Positions 30,638 to 40,009 of a stretch of 64,000 nt of DNA are shown in pieces. The notes below the pieces were generated by a model. It searched no databases. It was not told the DNA's origin and was given only the letters and a program-made list of their open reading frames with translations. The stretch is from an uncultured bacterium (GTDB lineage: Bacteria; Verrucomicrobiota; Verrucomicrobiia; Verrucomicrobiales; DEV007): NCBI GenBank assembly GCA_963977015.1, contig CAXBMO010000002.1, forward strand, positions 32,001 through 96,000, read 5' to 3'. The translations under genes and the position numbers were made by a program. Each line of letters begins with the position of its first letter. Within the stretch, counting starts at the first letter, position 1.

Positions 30638-33600
30638 TTGCAGAGAAAGTCATCACGGTTCATGACGATGTTCGCAATCATCGTCCAGGTTGCGATTTCG
30701 GTGATCTCAAAGTCTTCCGTCACTTCGCTGTCGCCCACTTCGACAAGCGCTTTCGCCTCTTCCGGCGCATTCCTGAAGTGCTCTCGAAATTTCGCCGCCG
30801 CGACCTTCAATGCGTCCAGATCGCGGGCATCCGCCGGTCTCGTAAAAACGGTCCGCATCATCCAGGCTGCCCGGTAAAAGTCGTCATCAACCACTCGCAT
30901 CGCCTTGACCGCCAGGTGGCGAGCAGCTTCGACAAACTGGGGATCGTTCATCAGGACCAGTGCCTGCATCGGCGTATTGGTTCGCTCACGGCGGACGACG
31001 CAGCTCTCCCGAGAGGGCGCATCAAATGCCGCCATCGAAGTTGGGGGCGACGTTTTCTTCCAAAACGTGTAGAGGCTGCGGCGATAGAGGGAGTCCCCGG
31101 TGTCTTGCCTGAACTCCCGCGTGTTGCTACCCGCGAAAGCGACGGGCTTCCAGACTCCGGGTGGTTGGTAGGGTTTCACGCTCGGTCCGCCTATTGTCGG
31201 AACGAGCAGACCGCTGACCGCGAGAGCCTGATCGCGAATGACCTCCGCATCGAGCCGGATCCGTGTGCCTCGCGAAAAATAGCGATTGTCAGGGTCGGCA
31301 GCCAGCTTCTCAGGAGTTATCTTTGGGCTTTGACGATAGGTCGCGGAAGTCACGAGCAGCTTGAGGATGTGATTCACATTCCACCCCGATTCGACGAATT
31401 CCATCGCAAGCCAGTCCAGGAGCTCCGGATGCGTTGGAGGCGAACCTGTCGCGCCAAAGTCTTCCGCCGTCGCCACCAGTCCGGTCCCAAAGATCGATTG
31501 CCACAATCGATTCACCGTTACGCGAGCAGTGAGCGGATTTTCCGGCTGAACCAGCCACTTCGCCAAACCCAGCCGATTTTTGGGAGATTCTTGGCTCATC
31601 CCGGGAAGCACGGCAGGCACACCCGGCCCCACTTCTTCGCCTCGCTGATCATATTCGCCTCGTTGGAGAACCCAGGCCCGGGGTTGATGATTTGCACGCT
31701 CTTCGGAAACCAGGCTCGTGACCGATCGTGCGTAGATGAAGTCGCGACGCGTCTGCGTTTCCGCGACTTTTCTGGCAGCAGCGCCAAACTGGGGATCGAT
31801 GACCTGATTGTGATAGGCCATTGCGAGTTGTTTCGGTTCCTCTTCGAGCTCCGCCCATGCAATCCTTCGATCCAACAACTCGCGAAGCTCAAATTCATCG
31901 GCCAGCAGCATCACCTCTTCGTTATTGAGCCAACGGCGGTATATCCGGATGTCGCTCATCCCGCCGGTTGGCAGGCTCGGAGCGACCTTCAATGGCACAT
32001 TACTCAACTGCGCCGGTTCAATCGTCAGTTCCGTTGAATTTCGCAGATTTCGGGAGGCGCCGTTCACCAGAATCGACACCGCCGAATTCGCGAGCCCTCC
32101 CGAATATCGCACACAGACATGCGACCATTCCCTCGGCGAGAGAGCTTCTTCGCCGGGAAGCAGCCCCTTGATCGACTTTCCGGCTCCATCGTGAAGCTGA
32201 AAGGTCAAGGCACCCTGCGTGCTGGTGGTGATCTTCCATCCCAAGAGCTTGCCATCCTCAGTCTTCGTTGTTTGATCAAAAAGCGTCGTATTGACGAGCT
32301 GATCCGGGGTTCGCAGCCAGAAGCTGATTGAAAGCGGAGCGTCCGTTCGGGAGGGCCCGACCAATTCCGCCTCCAGGCTCGCTCCCTTCTCGAATCGCAT
32401 TCCACGTTTACCGGCCGGATGATCTTTGGCCCATTGCGCGCCTTTCGGCAATTCCGACTCCCTCTCATGAAGCGGCAGCCATAAACTCAGATTGGCCGAT
32501 CGAATCGGCCGATCGACAGCGCCAACCGACATTCCCCACCAGGTTTTCACGACCGCCTCATCGGTCATCATGCGGTTCGCAGCCTCGTCACGGATGACTT
32601 GCAGCTCAGCCCATTCTTCCTTGAATTCGTCTTTCGGCAGCACGATCACCGGAGGCGAATCCTTCTGATTCCCATCCATCGCAGGTTGCGTGGTGTTGTT
32701 GAAAAAGGCTCCGAGTTGATAGAAGTCGCGTTGGGAAACCGGGTCGAACTTGTGATCGTGGCAGACCGCGCAACCGGTGGTCAGGCCAAGGAAAACCGTG
32801 GACGTCGTTTCAACCCGGTCAATCATGTAGCGAACGTTCACTTCCTCGGGAATCGCACCTCCTTCTGACGTCGTAATGTTGCAACGATTGAACCCCGTGG
32901 CGATTTTTTGCTGGAGCGTCGCATTCGGCAGCAAATCGCCGGCCAATTGTTCGATCGTGAACCGATCGAACGGCATATTGTCCCGAAACGCCTGAATCAC
33001 CCAGTCGCGGTAGGGCCAGATTTCCCGGTAGTTGTCGAGATGCATCCCGTGGGTGTCGCCATAGCGGGCCGCATCCAGCCAGAAACGAGTTTGATGCTCC
33101 GCCGCGTGGGGTGATTTCAGGAGCTCGTCGACATAGAGCTCCGGCGCGTTTTCGCGAAGGTCGAGAATGTAGTCTTCGACGCGGCTCCAGGTGGGCGGGA
33201 GTCCGACCAGATCGAGGGAAGCCCGCCGCGCGAATTCGTGGAGACTCGCCTCGGGATTTGGCTCCAGCCCCCTCGAAGCCAACCGCGCGTGAACAAAATG
33301 ATCGATCGGGTTTTTCGCCCAACGCCGCGAGGCTTCAGTCTCGGGAACTTCCGGCCGGGCAATCGGCTGAAAGGACCAATGTCCTTCCCACGTTGCCCCC
33401 TCTTCAATCCACGTTTTGAGAAGGCCCTGCTCTTCCGCGCTCAGCGTTTTCGCCGATTGGGGAGGCGGCATGACCTCGTCTGGATCCGTGCTGAAAATTC
33501 GCGTCAACACCTCCTCCGCAACGTGTTGATCTATCGCAAGATCCAGCCGCAAATCCGCCTTGCGCGCATGCGAATCCGGACCATGGCACTCCAGACAGTT

Positions 33601-33723
33601 CTTCGAAAGCAGTGGCCGGATATCTTGCGAATACCGAACGGTTTCAGCCCAAACCGGATTCAGTATCGAAGATGCAACGAATGCGCTGACTGGTAACAAT
33701 CGCCAAAGTCGAACCTTTGGCAT
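30634..33723 (-). CDS. Planctomycete cytochrome c + DUF1549 + LamG-like insert + DUF1553 protein
   Basis: [44 protein letters not shown] LamG-like segment, [11 protein letters not shown] and [13 protein letters not shown] overlap with the DUF1501 gene. Confidence 0.93.
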   Translation of the reverse strand: MPKVRLWRLLPVSAFVASSILNPVWAETVRYSQDIRPLLSKNCLECHGPDSHARKADLRLDLAIDQHVAEEVLTRIFSTDPDEVMPPPQSAKTLSAEEQGLLKTWIEEGATWEGHWSFQPIARPEVPETEASRRWAKNPIDHFVHARLASRGLEPNPEASLHEFARRASLDLVGLPPTWSRVEDYILDLRENAPELYVDELLKSPHAAEHQTRFWLDAARYGDTHGMHLDNYREIWPYRDWVIQAFRDNMPFDRFTIEQLAGDLLPNATLQQKIATGFNRCNITTSEGGAIPEEVNVRYMIDRVETTSTVFLGLTTGCAVCHDHKFDPVSQRDFYQLGAFFNNTTQPAMDGNQKDSPPVIVLPKDEFKEEWAELQVIRDEAANRMMTDEAVVKTWWGMSVGAVDRPIRSANLSLWLPLHERESELPKGAQWAKDHPAGKRGMRFEKGASLEAELVGPSRTDAPLSISFWLRTPDQLVNTTLFDQTTKTEDGKLLGWKITTSTQGALTFQLHDGAGKSIKGLLPGEEALSPREWSHVCVRYSGGLANSAVSILVNGASRNLRNSTELTIEPAQLSNVPLKVAPSLPTGGMSDIRIYRRWLNNEEVMLLADEFELRELLDRRIAWAELEEEPKQLAMAYHNQVIDPQFGAAARKVAETQTRRDFIYARSVTSLVSEERANHQPRAWVLQRGEYDQRGEEVGPGVPAVLPGMSQESPKNRLGLAKWLVQPENPLTARVTVNRLWQSIFGTGLVATAEDFGATGSPPTHPELLDWLAMEFVESGWNVNHILKLLVTSATYRQSPKITPEKLAADPDNRYFSRGTRIRLDAEVIRDQALAVSGLLVPTIGGPSVKPYQPPGVWKPVAFAGSNTREFRQDTGDSLYRRSLYTFWKKTSPPTSMAAFDAPSRESCVVRRERTNTPMQALVLMNDPQFVEAARHLAVKAMRVVDDDFYRAAWMMRTVFTRPADARDLDALKVAAAKFREHFRNAPEEAKALVEVGDSEVTEDFEITEIATWTMIANIVMNRDDFLCK

Positions 33724-33761
33724 CCAGGGAGTCGGAAGAGGTTGAGTCAGTGCTCTATCGG

Positions 33762-34283
33762 CTAGGATTTTCCGTCGTGCTTGTGATCGTGGTCATGGCC
33801 GTGATCGTGATCATGGTCACAAGAGCATGCATATTCCTTGTATTCACAGGTCGGGCAATCTTCGAGATTGAGCTGAAACTTTTCCAACACGGACTTCCCG
33901 CTCCCTTCAGATTTGATCTGCACGACAACTGGGAAACTGGTTCCTTCGGGCAACGTGTTGTTTGAAACGAGGGCGTCCCCGGATTTCTCAAAAGAAAGCC
34001 GCGTTGGGCTGGTTCTGCTTCCGCCTGTCAGCTTCACGGAAAACCCGTCGATGGAAGCCGCCTTATGATCATGGTCGAATGCGGAAATTTTCACGGTTCG
34101 ATCTTTCAATACCAAAAACTCAAGATGAGGCTCCACGCTGAAAAACAACCTTCCCCCATTTGGCCCGGTAATTTTTTCGTGCTCATGATCGTGATCGTGG
34201 TCATGACCTCCCTTCTCGTCTGCGAGCGCGTTGAAACTGAAAGCGAGAAAAATTGTAACAAGGGAGGTGAAGAGGGATTTCAT
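33762..34283 (-). CDS. Secreted His-rich, Cys-cluster metal-binding protein
   Basis: Signal peptide MKSLFTSLV...ALA; HDHDHDHEH; GPNGGR; CPTCEYKEYACSC; HDHDHGHDHDH. ATG at 34283. Confidence 0.8.
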   Translation of the reverse strand: MKSLFTSLVTIFLAFSFNALADEKGGHDHDHDHEHEKITGPNGGRLFFSVEPHLEFLVLKDRTVKISAFDHDHKAASIDGFSVKLTGGSRTSPTRLSFEKSGDALVSNNTLPEGTSFPVVVQIKSEGSGKSVLEKFQLNLEDCPTCEYKEYACSCDHDHDHGHDHDHKHDGKS

Positions 34284-34330
34284 GATGATAGAGACTATAG
34301 TCGGTCCAAGTTGTTGAGTTATTTTTCGGT

Positions 34331-34347
34331 TTGCAAGCGATTTGCAC
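34331..34347. promoter_or_regulatory. TGCAA-N5-TTGCA palindrome (Zur/Fur-family-like operator)
   Basis: tTGCAAgcgatTTGCAc about 50 bp upstream of the His-rich gene. Confidence 0.5.
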
Positions 34348-34403
34348 TCGCTTGACCCGACAGGGATTGAACGCCGGATTCGAAGGATTGATCTAAGCGG
34401 CAG

Positions 34404-36749
34404 ATGATTTGGCTCCGGTTCATTGCTACCCTCATGGTCCTCGCTCTTTTTGGAGTGGGTGCGATGCATCGATTCGAGTTTTCGTTGCCAAGTCTCGGGA
34501 CCGGTTCACCAGCTGTCAGCTTTTTGGATGATGTTGAACCGATCCTGATCGATCACTGTTATGAATGCCACGGCGACGGCTCGAGCAAGGGCGGGATCGA
34601 GCTGGACGCGTTCGATAGCCACGAAGACCTCCTGGCAGCGCTTGAGTTGTGGGAAGGCGTCCACCACAATATCGACGCCTTTCTCATGCCACCGAGCGAG
34701 AAACCGCAAATGGAGGACTTTGAACGGGAAATTTTGGCAACGTGGATCGAAAAAGAGATCTTCAAGCTCGATCCTCGCAATCCGGATCCGGGCAGAGTCA
34801 CGATCCGGCGTCTCAATCGCGAAGAATATCGCAATTCCATCCGCGATTTGCTCGAAAATCAGGATTTGGATCCCTCGGAAGACCTCCCTCCCGACGACAC
34901 CGGATACGGCTTCGACAACGTGGGGGACGTTCTGTCGATGTCGCCAGGATTGTTCGAGAAATACGCGATCGCGGCGGACCGAATCCTTTCCAGCATGATT
35001 CAAACCCATCCGCCGGAACCTGGAAGAATTGTCGTCACAGCCGGAGACGATTTTCGGGGAGTCCGACATGCCTCCAACGGCACGGGAGCCCTTTCCAGCG
35101 TGGGAGCCGTCGGGGCAAAGCTCAAGGTTCCGCGCGATGGCGAATATTCCCTCCGCATTCTGGTGGGGGCTGACCATGCCGGCGATGAATTACCTCGAAT
35201 GCTGGTCAAATTTCAGGGCGCCAAAGACCGGGAATTTCAGGTTAAAGCGAATCGTGATCAGCCCCAGTATTGCGACATGCCCGTCAAGGCTCAACGGGGC
35301 GATCGCTGGTTGGAAATGGCGTTTCTCAACGATTTTTACGACCCGGACCACAAGAATCCTCAGCGGAGAGATCGAAATCTCCATATTTTTCGCGCGGAAT
35401 TGATTGGGCCGCTCAACGCGAAGCCGCCTCCGCCAACGGCCACCCAAAAAGCCCTATTCAGCGTGGCCGGCACTGGCCCGGAAGAGGATCAGGCTCGCCG
35501 AATTATCTCCAAGTTTGCGCGGAAAGCCTGGCGGAAACCGGTTCGCGAAGAGGAAGTCGAGCGATTGCTTCAATTTGTCGACCTGGCGAAGAATGAAGGG
35601 GATAGCTTCGAAATGGGAATCAAGTTGGCGCTTCAAGCGACGCTGGTTTCTCCCCATTTTCTTTTTCGCGCCGAATCTCAGGCACGCCCAGACGATCCGA
35701 AGAAAATCCACCAAATCGATGAGCATGCCCTAGCATCACGCCTCTCCTATTTCCTGTGGAGCTCCACCCCGGACGACCGGTTGTTGAATCTCGCAGATGC
35801 GGGGGAACTTCGCGAGAATCTGGATTCGGAAATTGATCGCATGATCGCCGATCCCAAAATCCAGGCATTGACCCGAAATTTTGCAGGCCAATGGCTACAG
35901 CTGAGAAATCTGGATATCGTGATGCCGGATCCCAAAACCTACGGAGGTTGGAATGGAGAACTTCGGGACGCAATGCGGAATGAAACGGAGCGTTTCTTCC
36001 ACACCATTTTGGTCGAGAATCGAAGCGTGCTGGAGTTTCTGGACGCAGATTTCACCTTCCTCAACGAGCAGTTGGCCCGGCACTATGGAATTGGCGGCGT
36101 GAAAGGGGGCAATTTCCGAAGGGTCTCGTTGAGCGACCGCGATCGCACGAGACGCGGCGGCGTTCTAGGCCACGCCAGCATCTTGACGATTACGTCCAAT
36201 CCCACGCGAACCTCTCCGGTAAGCCGGGGAAACTGGGTTTTGGAAAATCTCCTTGGAACGCCCCCTCCGCCTCCCCTGGAAGGGATTCCGGATTTGGAGG
36301 AGACCAAGAAGCGGGCCGGAACCAAATTGACGATGCGCCAGCAACTCGAAATGCACCGCGAAGATCCCCTTTGCGCCAGTTGCCATGCCCGAATGGACCC
36401 GATTGGGTTCGCCCTTGAGAATTATGACGGAATCGGCCGGTGGCGAGATCAGGAGGAAGGACAACCGATCGATCCGGCGGGGAAGCTCTACACCGGCGAG
36501 CAGTTTAAGGGAGCAGAGGATTTGAAGCAGCTGCTGGCCGAGAAAAAGGGCGAAGCATTTGCTCAAAATCTCTCAGAAAAGCTTCTCACCTTTGCCTTGG
36601 GACGCGGTGTAGAATACTACGATCAACCGGCTTTGAACAAGATTCACGACCAGGTCTCGGAACGCGAATTTCAGTTCCAGGCGTTCATCCACGCCATCGT
36701 TGATTCGGTCCCGTTCCAATACCGTCGCGGGGAATCGACGACTCCGTAA
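34404..36749 (+). CDS. Cytochrome c + DUF1587/1595/1592/1588/1585 protein
   Basis: CYECHG, RRLNREEY.N..RDL, GFDN, SP.FLFR, LASRLSYFLWSS.PD, FAGQWL, TSPV.RG.W and CASCHARMDP.GF. Confidence 0.93.
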   Translation: MIWLRFIATLMVLALFGVGAMHRFEFSLPSLGTGSPAVSFLDDVEPILIDHCYECHGDGSSKGGIELDAFDSHEDLLAALELWEGVHHNIDAFLMPPSEKPQMEDFEREILATWIEKEIFKLDPRNPDPGRVTIRRLNREEYRNSIRDLLENQDLDPSEDLPPDDTGYGFDNVGDVLSMSPGLFEKYAIAADRILSSMIQTHPPEPGRIVVTAGDDFRGVRHASNGTGALSSVGAVGAKLKVPRDGEYSLRILVGADHAGDELPRMLVKFQGAKDREFQVKANRDQPQYCDMPVKAQRGDRWLEMAFLNDFYDPDHKNPQRRDRNLHIFRAELIGPLNAKPPPPTATQKALFSVAGTGPEEDQARRIISKFARKAWRKPVREEEVERLLQFVDLAKNEGDSFEMGIKLALQATLVSPHFLFRAESQARPDDPKKIHQIDEHALASRLSYFLWSSTPDDRLLNLADAGELRENLDSEIDRMIADPKIQALTRNFAGQWLQLRNLDIVMPDPKTYGGWNGELRDAMRNETERFFHTILVENRSVLEFLDADFTFLNEQLARHYGIGGVKGGNFRRVSLSDRDRTRRGGVLGHASILTITSNPTRTSPVSRGNWVLENLLGTPPPPPLEGIPDLEETKKRAGTKLTMRQQLEMHREDPLCASCHARMDPIGFALENYDGIGRWRDQEEGQPIDPAGKLYTGEQFKGAEDLKQLLAEKKGEAFAQNLSEKLLTFALGRGVEYYDQPALNKIHDQVSEREFQFQAFIHAIVDSVPFQYRRGESTTP

Positions 36750-36776
36750 CGGCACTGGTGACACCGGTTTCAGGGC

Positions 36777-36807
36777 AAAAAGAAACCCGGCCACATTGTG
36801 GCCGGGT
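36777..36807 (-). terminator. Intrinsic terminator on the minus strand (probably bidirectional)
   Basis: ACCCGGCCAC-att-GTGGCCGGGT hairpin preceded on the + strand by aaaaagaa, which is a U-tract on the minus strand. Confidence 0.8.
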
Positions 36808-37026
36808 CACCAGAACCATGAAACAACGCAATTCACATCTCACCGTTTATTGCGTAGAACTAGATATAAAACATGTATTAAATAAATCAACGAAAACGAT
36901 TCAGTTTCGCAGTTTTTTACATCAACAATGAGACCTCTCAACGCAACTCCCTGAACATGGATGAGTTGTCCACGACAACGACCGACCACGGGCAGAAGTC
37001 GCCCATTTTCCTCCCGCTAAATTCGT

Positions 37027-38445
37027 TCAGTCGACATCAAGAGCCTGTGCATCAGCCCCGCCAGCAGGCTCAATCTTCAGCAACTTACAAATCGTGGAGT
37101 GAAGCTGAGTCCCATTGATTTCTCCCAGCGATGAACCGTATCCGCCACCATCGAGCCGGAACATGAAGGTTTGGCCCTTCATCCGGGAGGAATCGGAAAC
37201 CGCATATCCACTGGAAGCATAGGGACCACCAGCTTCAGATGGATCAAAAACAGGCTCGGTTCCCACGGCCGTCGTAAATGAATATCCTGGCTTCAGAACC
37301 AAAAAACGATCTCCGAACATATTTCCGCCATCTTGCCCCAATCCCCAGGTAGAGGGATAATCTCCCTTGGAATAGGAACGCCAGTAGATTCGTTTCTTCA
37401 GTTCATCGTCGTATCCTTCTTCAAAGTCCGCCTGGTCAGCTCCCGCAGGAAGTTCCTTAAACCAAAGATGCGCAATCCCATCCGTGACTGCGTAGTCAAC
37501 TTGCTGAGCCAGCTTGCCCATCAACTCACTGTAGTTGATCAACTTGTCCGAATTTGAGGATCCGTGATCGGTCGTCAGGACGACGTGAAGCTTGTCCCCT
37601 TCATCTTTGCGTAGTTCAGGCCACTTCGCCTTGAGCTTGTCGAAAAACGCTTTCAAGGTCGAATCGAGGGTCGTTACCGCAGCGAGCGTGTCTGGTTCCT
37701 TTGGGCCATTGGCCCGAGCGGCCTTTTTCAGGTCAATCAGGCTGGCCATCGCCAAACGAATCTTCTTTTCGCCCTGGTAGCTTCCCCACGCATCAAGCAG
37801 GGTGTTGAGGCGATCTTCGTCAGATTTCGACTCGTCATACTCGGCCAGAAAAACATCAGCTCCGTTCTCCGCAGGTTGCGCCTGGGAGAATGGCCAATCA
37901 TGCACCAAAACGGAGATGCCCTGTTTTTTCGCGGTATTCCAGATGGGCTCAGCCTTCAAATGCACCAAATCAGTGGGAAAGCGCTTCACCTCCTTGGTTT
38001 CAGGGTGCCGCATGGTGTCCCCTATCACCCCGTGAACGCTCGGGAGCACCCCGGTCGCCTGAGAGATCAGGCTTGGATAATGCACCGTTGGAAACGTGGG
38101 AATCAACGTCCCGGAACTGGGGCGAACCTCATCAAAAAATGGAGTTTCGGCATCCTCGACATAGTCGGCGCGGAATCCACTGACATTGAGCCAGAGCACG
38201 TAGTTGTCGCCATTCTTCACAGGAGCAGACGCCATGGCTCCCGATTCCCCGTAGTTGGTATAGCTGTAAGCCTCTGCCGATTCAATCGGATCGCGGAGTT
38301 CCGCCAATTGAGCAGTCGTGTGATCGTCGTCCATTGCTACCCAATCGAAGTAGACCGATTCAGTGCCTCCCCAGACGAAAACGAGGGCGAGACCAGCTAC
38401 TAGGGCCGAGACGAGGGCGGAAGCTGAAGCAATGGTGGAACTCAT
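37027..38445 (-). CDS. Membrane-anchored alkaline-phosphatase-superfamily (NPP/type I phosphodiesterase-like) protein, catalytically degenerate
   Basis: N-terminal TM; GFRADY, IPTFPT..PS...ATG..P..HG, EPIW.TA..QG, WP and TDHG motifs. Confidence 0.82.
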   Translation of the reverse strand: MSSTIASASALVSALVAGLALVFVWGGTESVYFDWVAMDDDHTTAQLAELRDPIESAEAYSYTNYGESGAMASAPVKNGDNYVLWLNVSGFRADYVEDAETPFFDEVRPSSGTLIPTFPTVHYPSLISQATGVLPSVHGVIGDTMRHPETKEVKRFPTDLVHLKAEPIWNTAKKQGISVLVHDWPFSQAQPAENGADVFLAEYDESKSDEDRLNTLLDAWGSYQGEKKIRLAMASLIDLKKAARANGPKEPDTLAAVTTLDSTLKAFFDKLKAKWPELRKDEGDKLHVVLTTDHGSSNSDKLINYSELMGKLAQQVDYAVTDGIAHLWFKELPAGADQADFEEGYDDELKKRIYWRSYSKGDYPSTWGLGQDGGNMFGDRFLVLKPGYSFTTAVGTEPVFDPSEAGGPYASSGYAVSDSSRMKGQTFMFRLDGGGYGSSLGEINGTQLHSTICKLLKIEPAGGADAQALDVD

Positions 38446-38499
38446 GGCAAAAATTCTAGCATGCGGCTCCTGAGAGAGCAAGCAGGGGCTCGAACCAGC

Positions 38500-39939
38500 T
38501 CACTCGGAAACCATCTCGATTTCGATGGGGTTGGGATTGGCCTTTGCGGAAGGCTCGATTCCCAAAATCCGGCAAACGGTTGCGTGGAGCTGAGTCGCAT
38601 CGACTTCCTCACCTTCTTTGGCAAAACGACGCGCCGGCCATTCATAAATCCAGGTTGAACCCCGCATTCGTGAGGAGCTTCGAACCGTAAGACCACTCGC
38701 CGCGACTTGTCCGCCAACTTCGTCCGGGGCAAAAACCGCCTCCGATCCACTCTGGTCTGTAAACGCGTAGCCTGACTTCAACTGAATCACCAGATCCCCA
38801 ATATGAGGCCCCTCTCCCAGCATCCATTCGTCGGGAATCGTCTCCTTGCGGTAGATGTCCCAGTAGATCCGATCTCCCATCGCCTCTTCGATCTTGTCGA
38901 GCGCCTTCTCCGTCGTAACGCCTTCCGGGAGATTCTGCACCCAGACCTGCCCCAACGTATCGCTGAAGGCTAGCTTGGCATACGGGCGCATGTCTTCGGC
39001 GATTAACTCGGACAGATTCACCAACTTGGTGACGTCGACCATGCCATGATCCGTGCTCAAAATGACGAACAGGCGGTCACCATTTCGAGCCAGCGTGGGC
39101 CAACTCTTTTTGAGTTCATCAAAGAAAACGTTGAGCTCGGAATCCAGATTGCTGAAGGCGGAGTAAACTTTCGGAGTTCGACAACCGTGCTTGCGGGCCG
39201 CATCATCCAATCCATTCAAACTGGCCATCACAAGTCGAATGCGGTCTTTGTCGCTTCCGGCGTTTGCCGACCAGGCATCCAGCAAAGCCTTCAGGCGTGA
39301 AGCGTCTTGTTTGGAGGGATCAAATTCCGGCAGCGAAATGTCAGCGGCGTGTTCAGAAGGTTGATTCTGCGAAAATGGCCAATCGTGAACCAACACGCGG
39401 ATTCCCTGGCGCTTTGCCGTCGTCCAGATGGGGTCGGCTTTGAGCAACTCGAGATCGGTCGGATTCAGGACCACTTCGCTACTGCCGGGAATCAGCATCG
39501 CATCATTCACAATTCCATGAACATCGGCGGTGGTTCCCGTTGCCTGAGAAACCAGGCTTGGCCAACGCAGCGTTGGAAAGGACGGAATCAGTTTCTTGCT
39601 GTAAAATCCCCGACTGGAGGCTTGATCAAAAAACGTCGTCGAAGCTTTATCGACATAATCGGTTCTCAGCCCGCTGATGTTGAGCCAAAACACGTAATTG
39701 ATGGGATCGTCCACCTTCCCGGATGAGGAGGCGACGGAATCCGTCGAGCCCGCCTCAGTTTTGTCCGCCATCAACTCTGGATGGAGCAATTGATTCAACT
39801 CCTCAATCGAGTAGTCGTCCTCCATCGGTTGCCAGGTATAGGCGATGGTGTTGTTCCCATTAAACACCAGTCCTGCCACCAAAGCGACCACCAGAATGTT
39901 AATGAACGACATCAACGAACGCAGCGGGGTTTCGAACAT
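38500..39939 (-). CDS. Paralogous membrane-anchored NPP-like protein, catalytically degenerate
   Basis: N-terminal TM; GLRTDY, PSFPT..PS...ATG....HGIV, PIW.TA..QG, STDHGM and GDLV motifs. Clearly homologous to the 37027-38445 gene. Confidence 0.82.
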   Translation of the reverse strand: MFETPLRSLMSFINILVVALVAGLVFNGNNTIAYTWQPMEDDYSIEELNQLLHPELMADKTEAGSTDSVASSSGKVDDPINYVFWLNISGLRTDYVDKASTTFFDQASSRGFYSKKLIPSFPTLRWPSLVSQATGTTADVHGIVNDAMLIPGSSEVVLNPTDLELLKADPIWTTAKRQGIRVLVHDWPFSQNQPSEHAADISLPEFDPSKQDASRLKALLDAWSANAGSDKDRIRLVMASLNGLDDAARKHGCRTPKVYSAFSNLDSELNVFFDELKKSWPTLARNGDRLFVILSTDHGMVDVTKLVNLSELIAEDMRPYAKLAFSDTLGQVWVQNLPEGVTTEKALDKIEEAMGDRIYWDIYRKETIPDEWMLGEGPHIGDLVIQLKSGYAFTDQSGSEAVFAPDEVGGQVAASGLTVRSSSRMRGSTWIYEWPARRFAKEGEEVDATQLHATVCRILGIEPSAKANPNPIEIEMVSE

Positions 39940-40009
39940 GGTCAGATGTTGCCATGTTCAAACTCGAAAGGCAAGCCCCCGTAGCAAGCAGGATGTCAGG
40001 CAGGCGAAC

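Noticed and set aside
29300..32037. 525-aa and 419-aa + strand ORFs
   Set aside because: Antisense shadows of the DUF1501 and DUF1553 genes; long shadow ORFs are common in GC-rich coding DNA.
33775..34206. (GATCGT/GATCAT)n short tandem repeats
   Set aside because: They simply encode the His-Asp tracts; not a CRISPR array or contingency locus.
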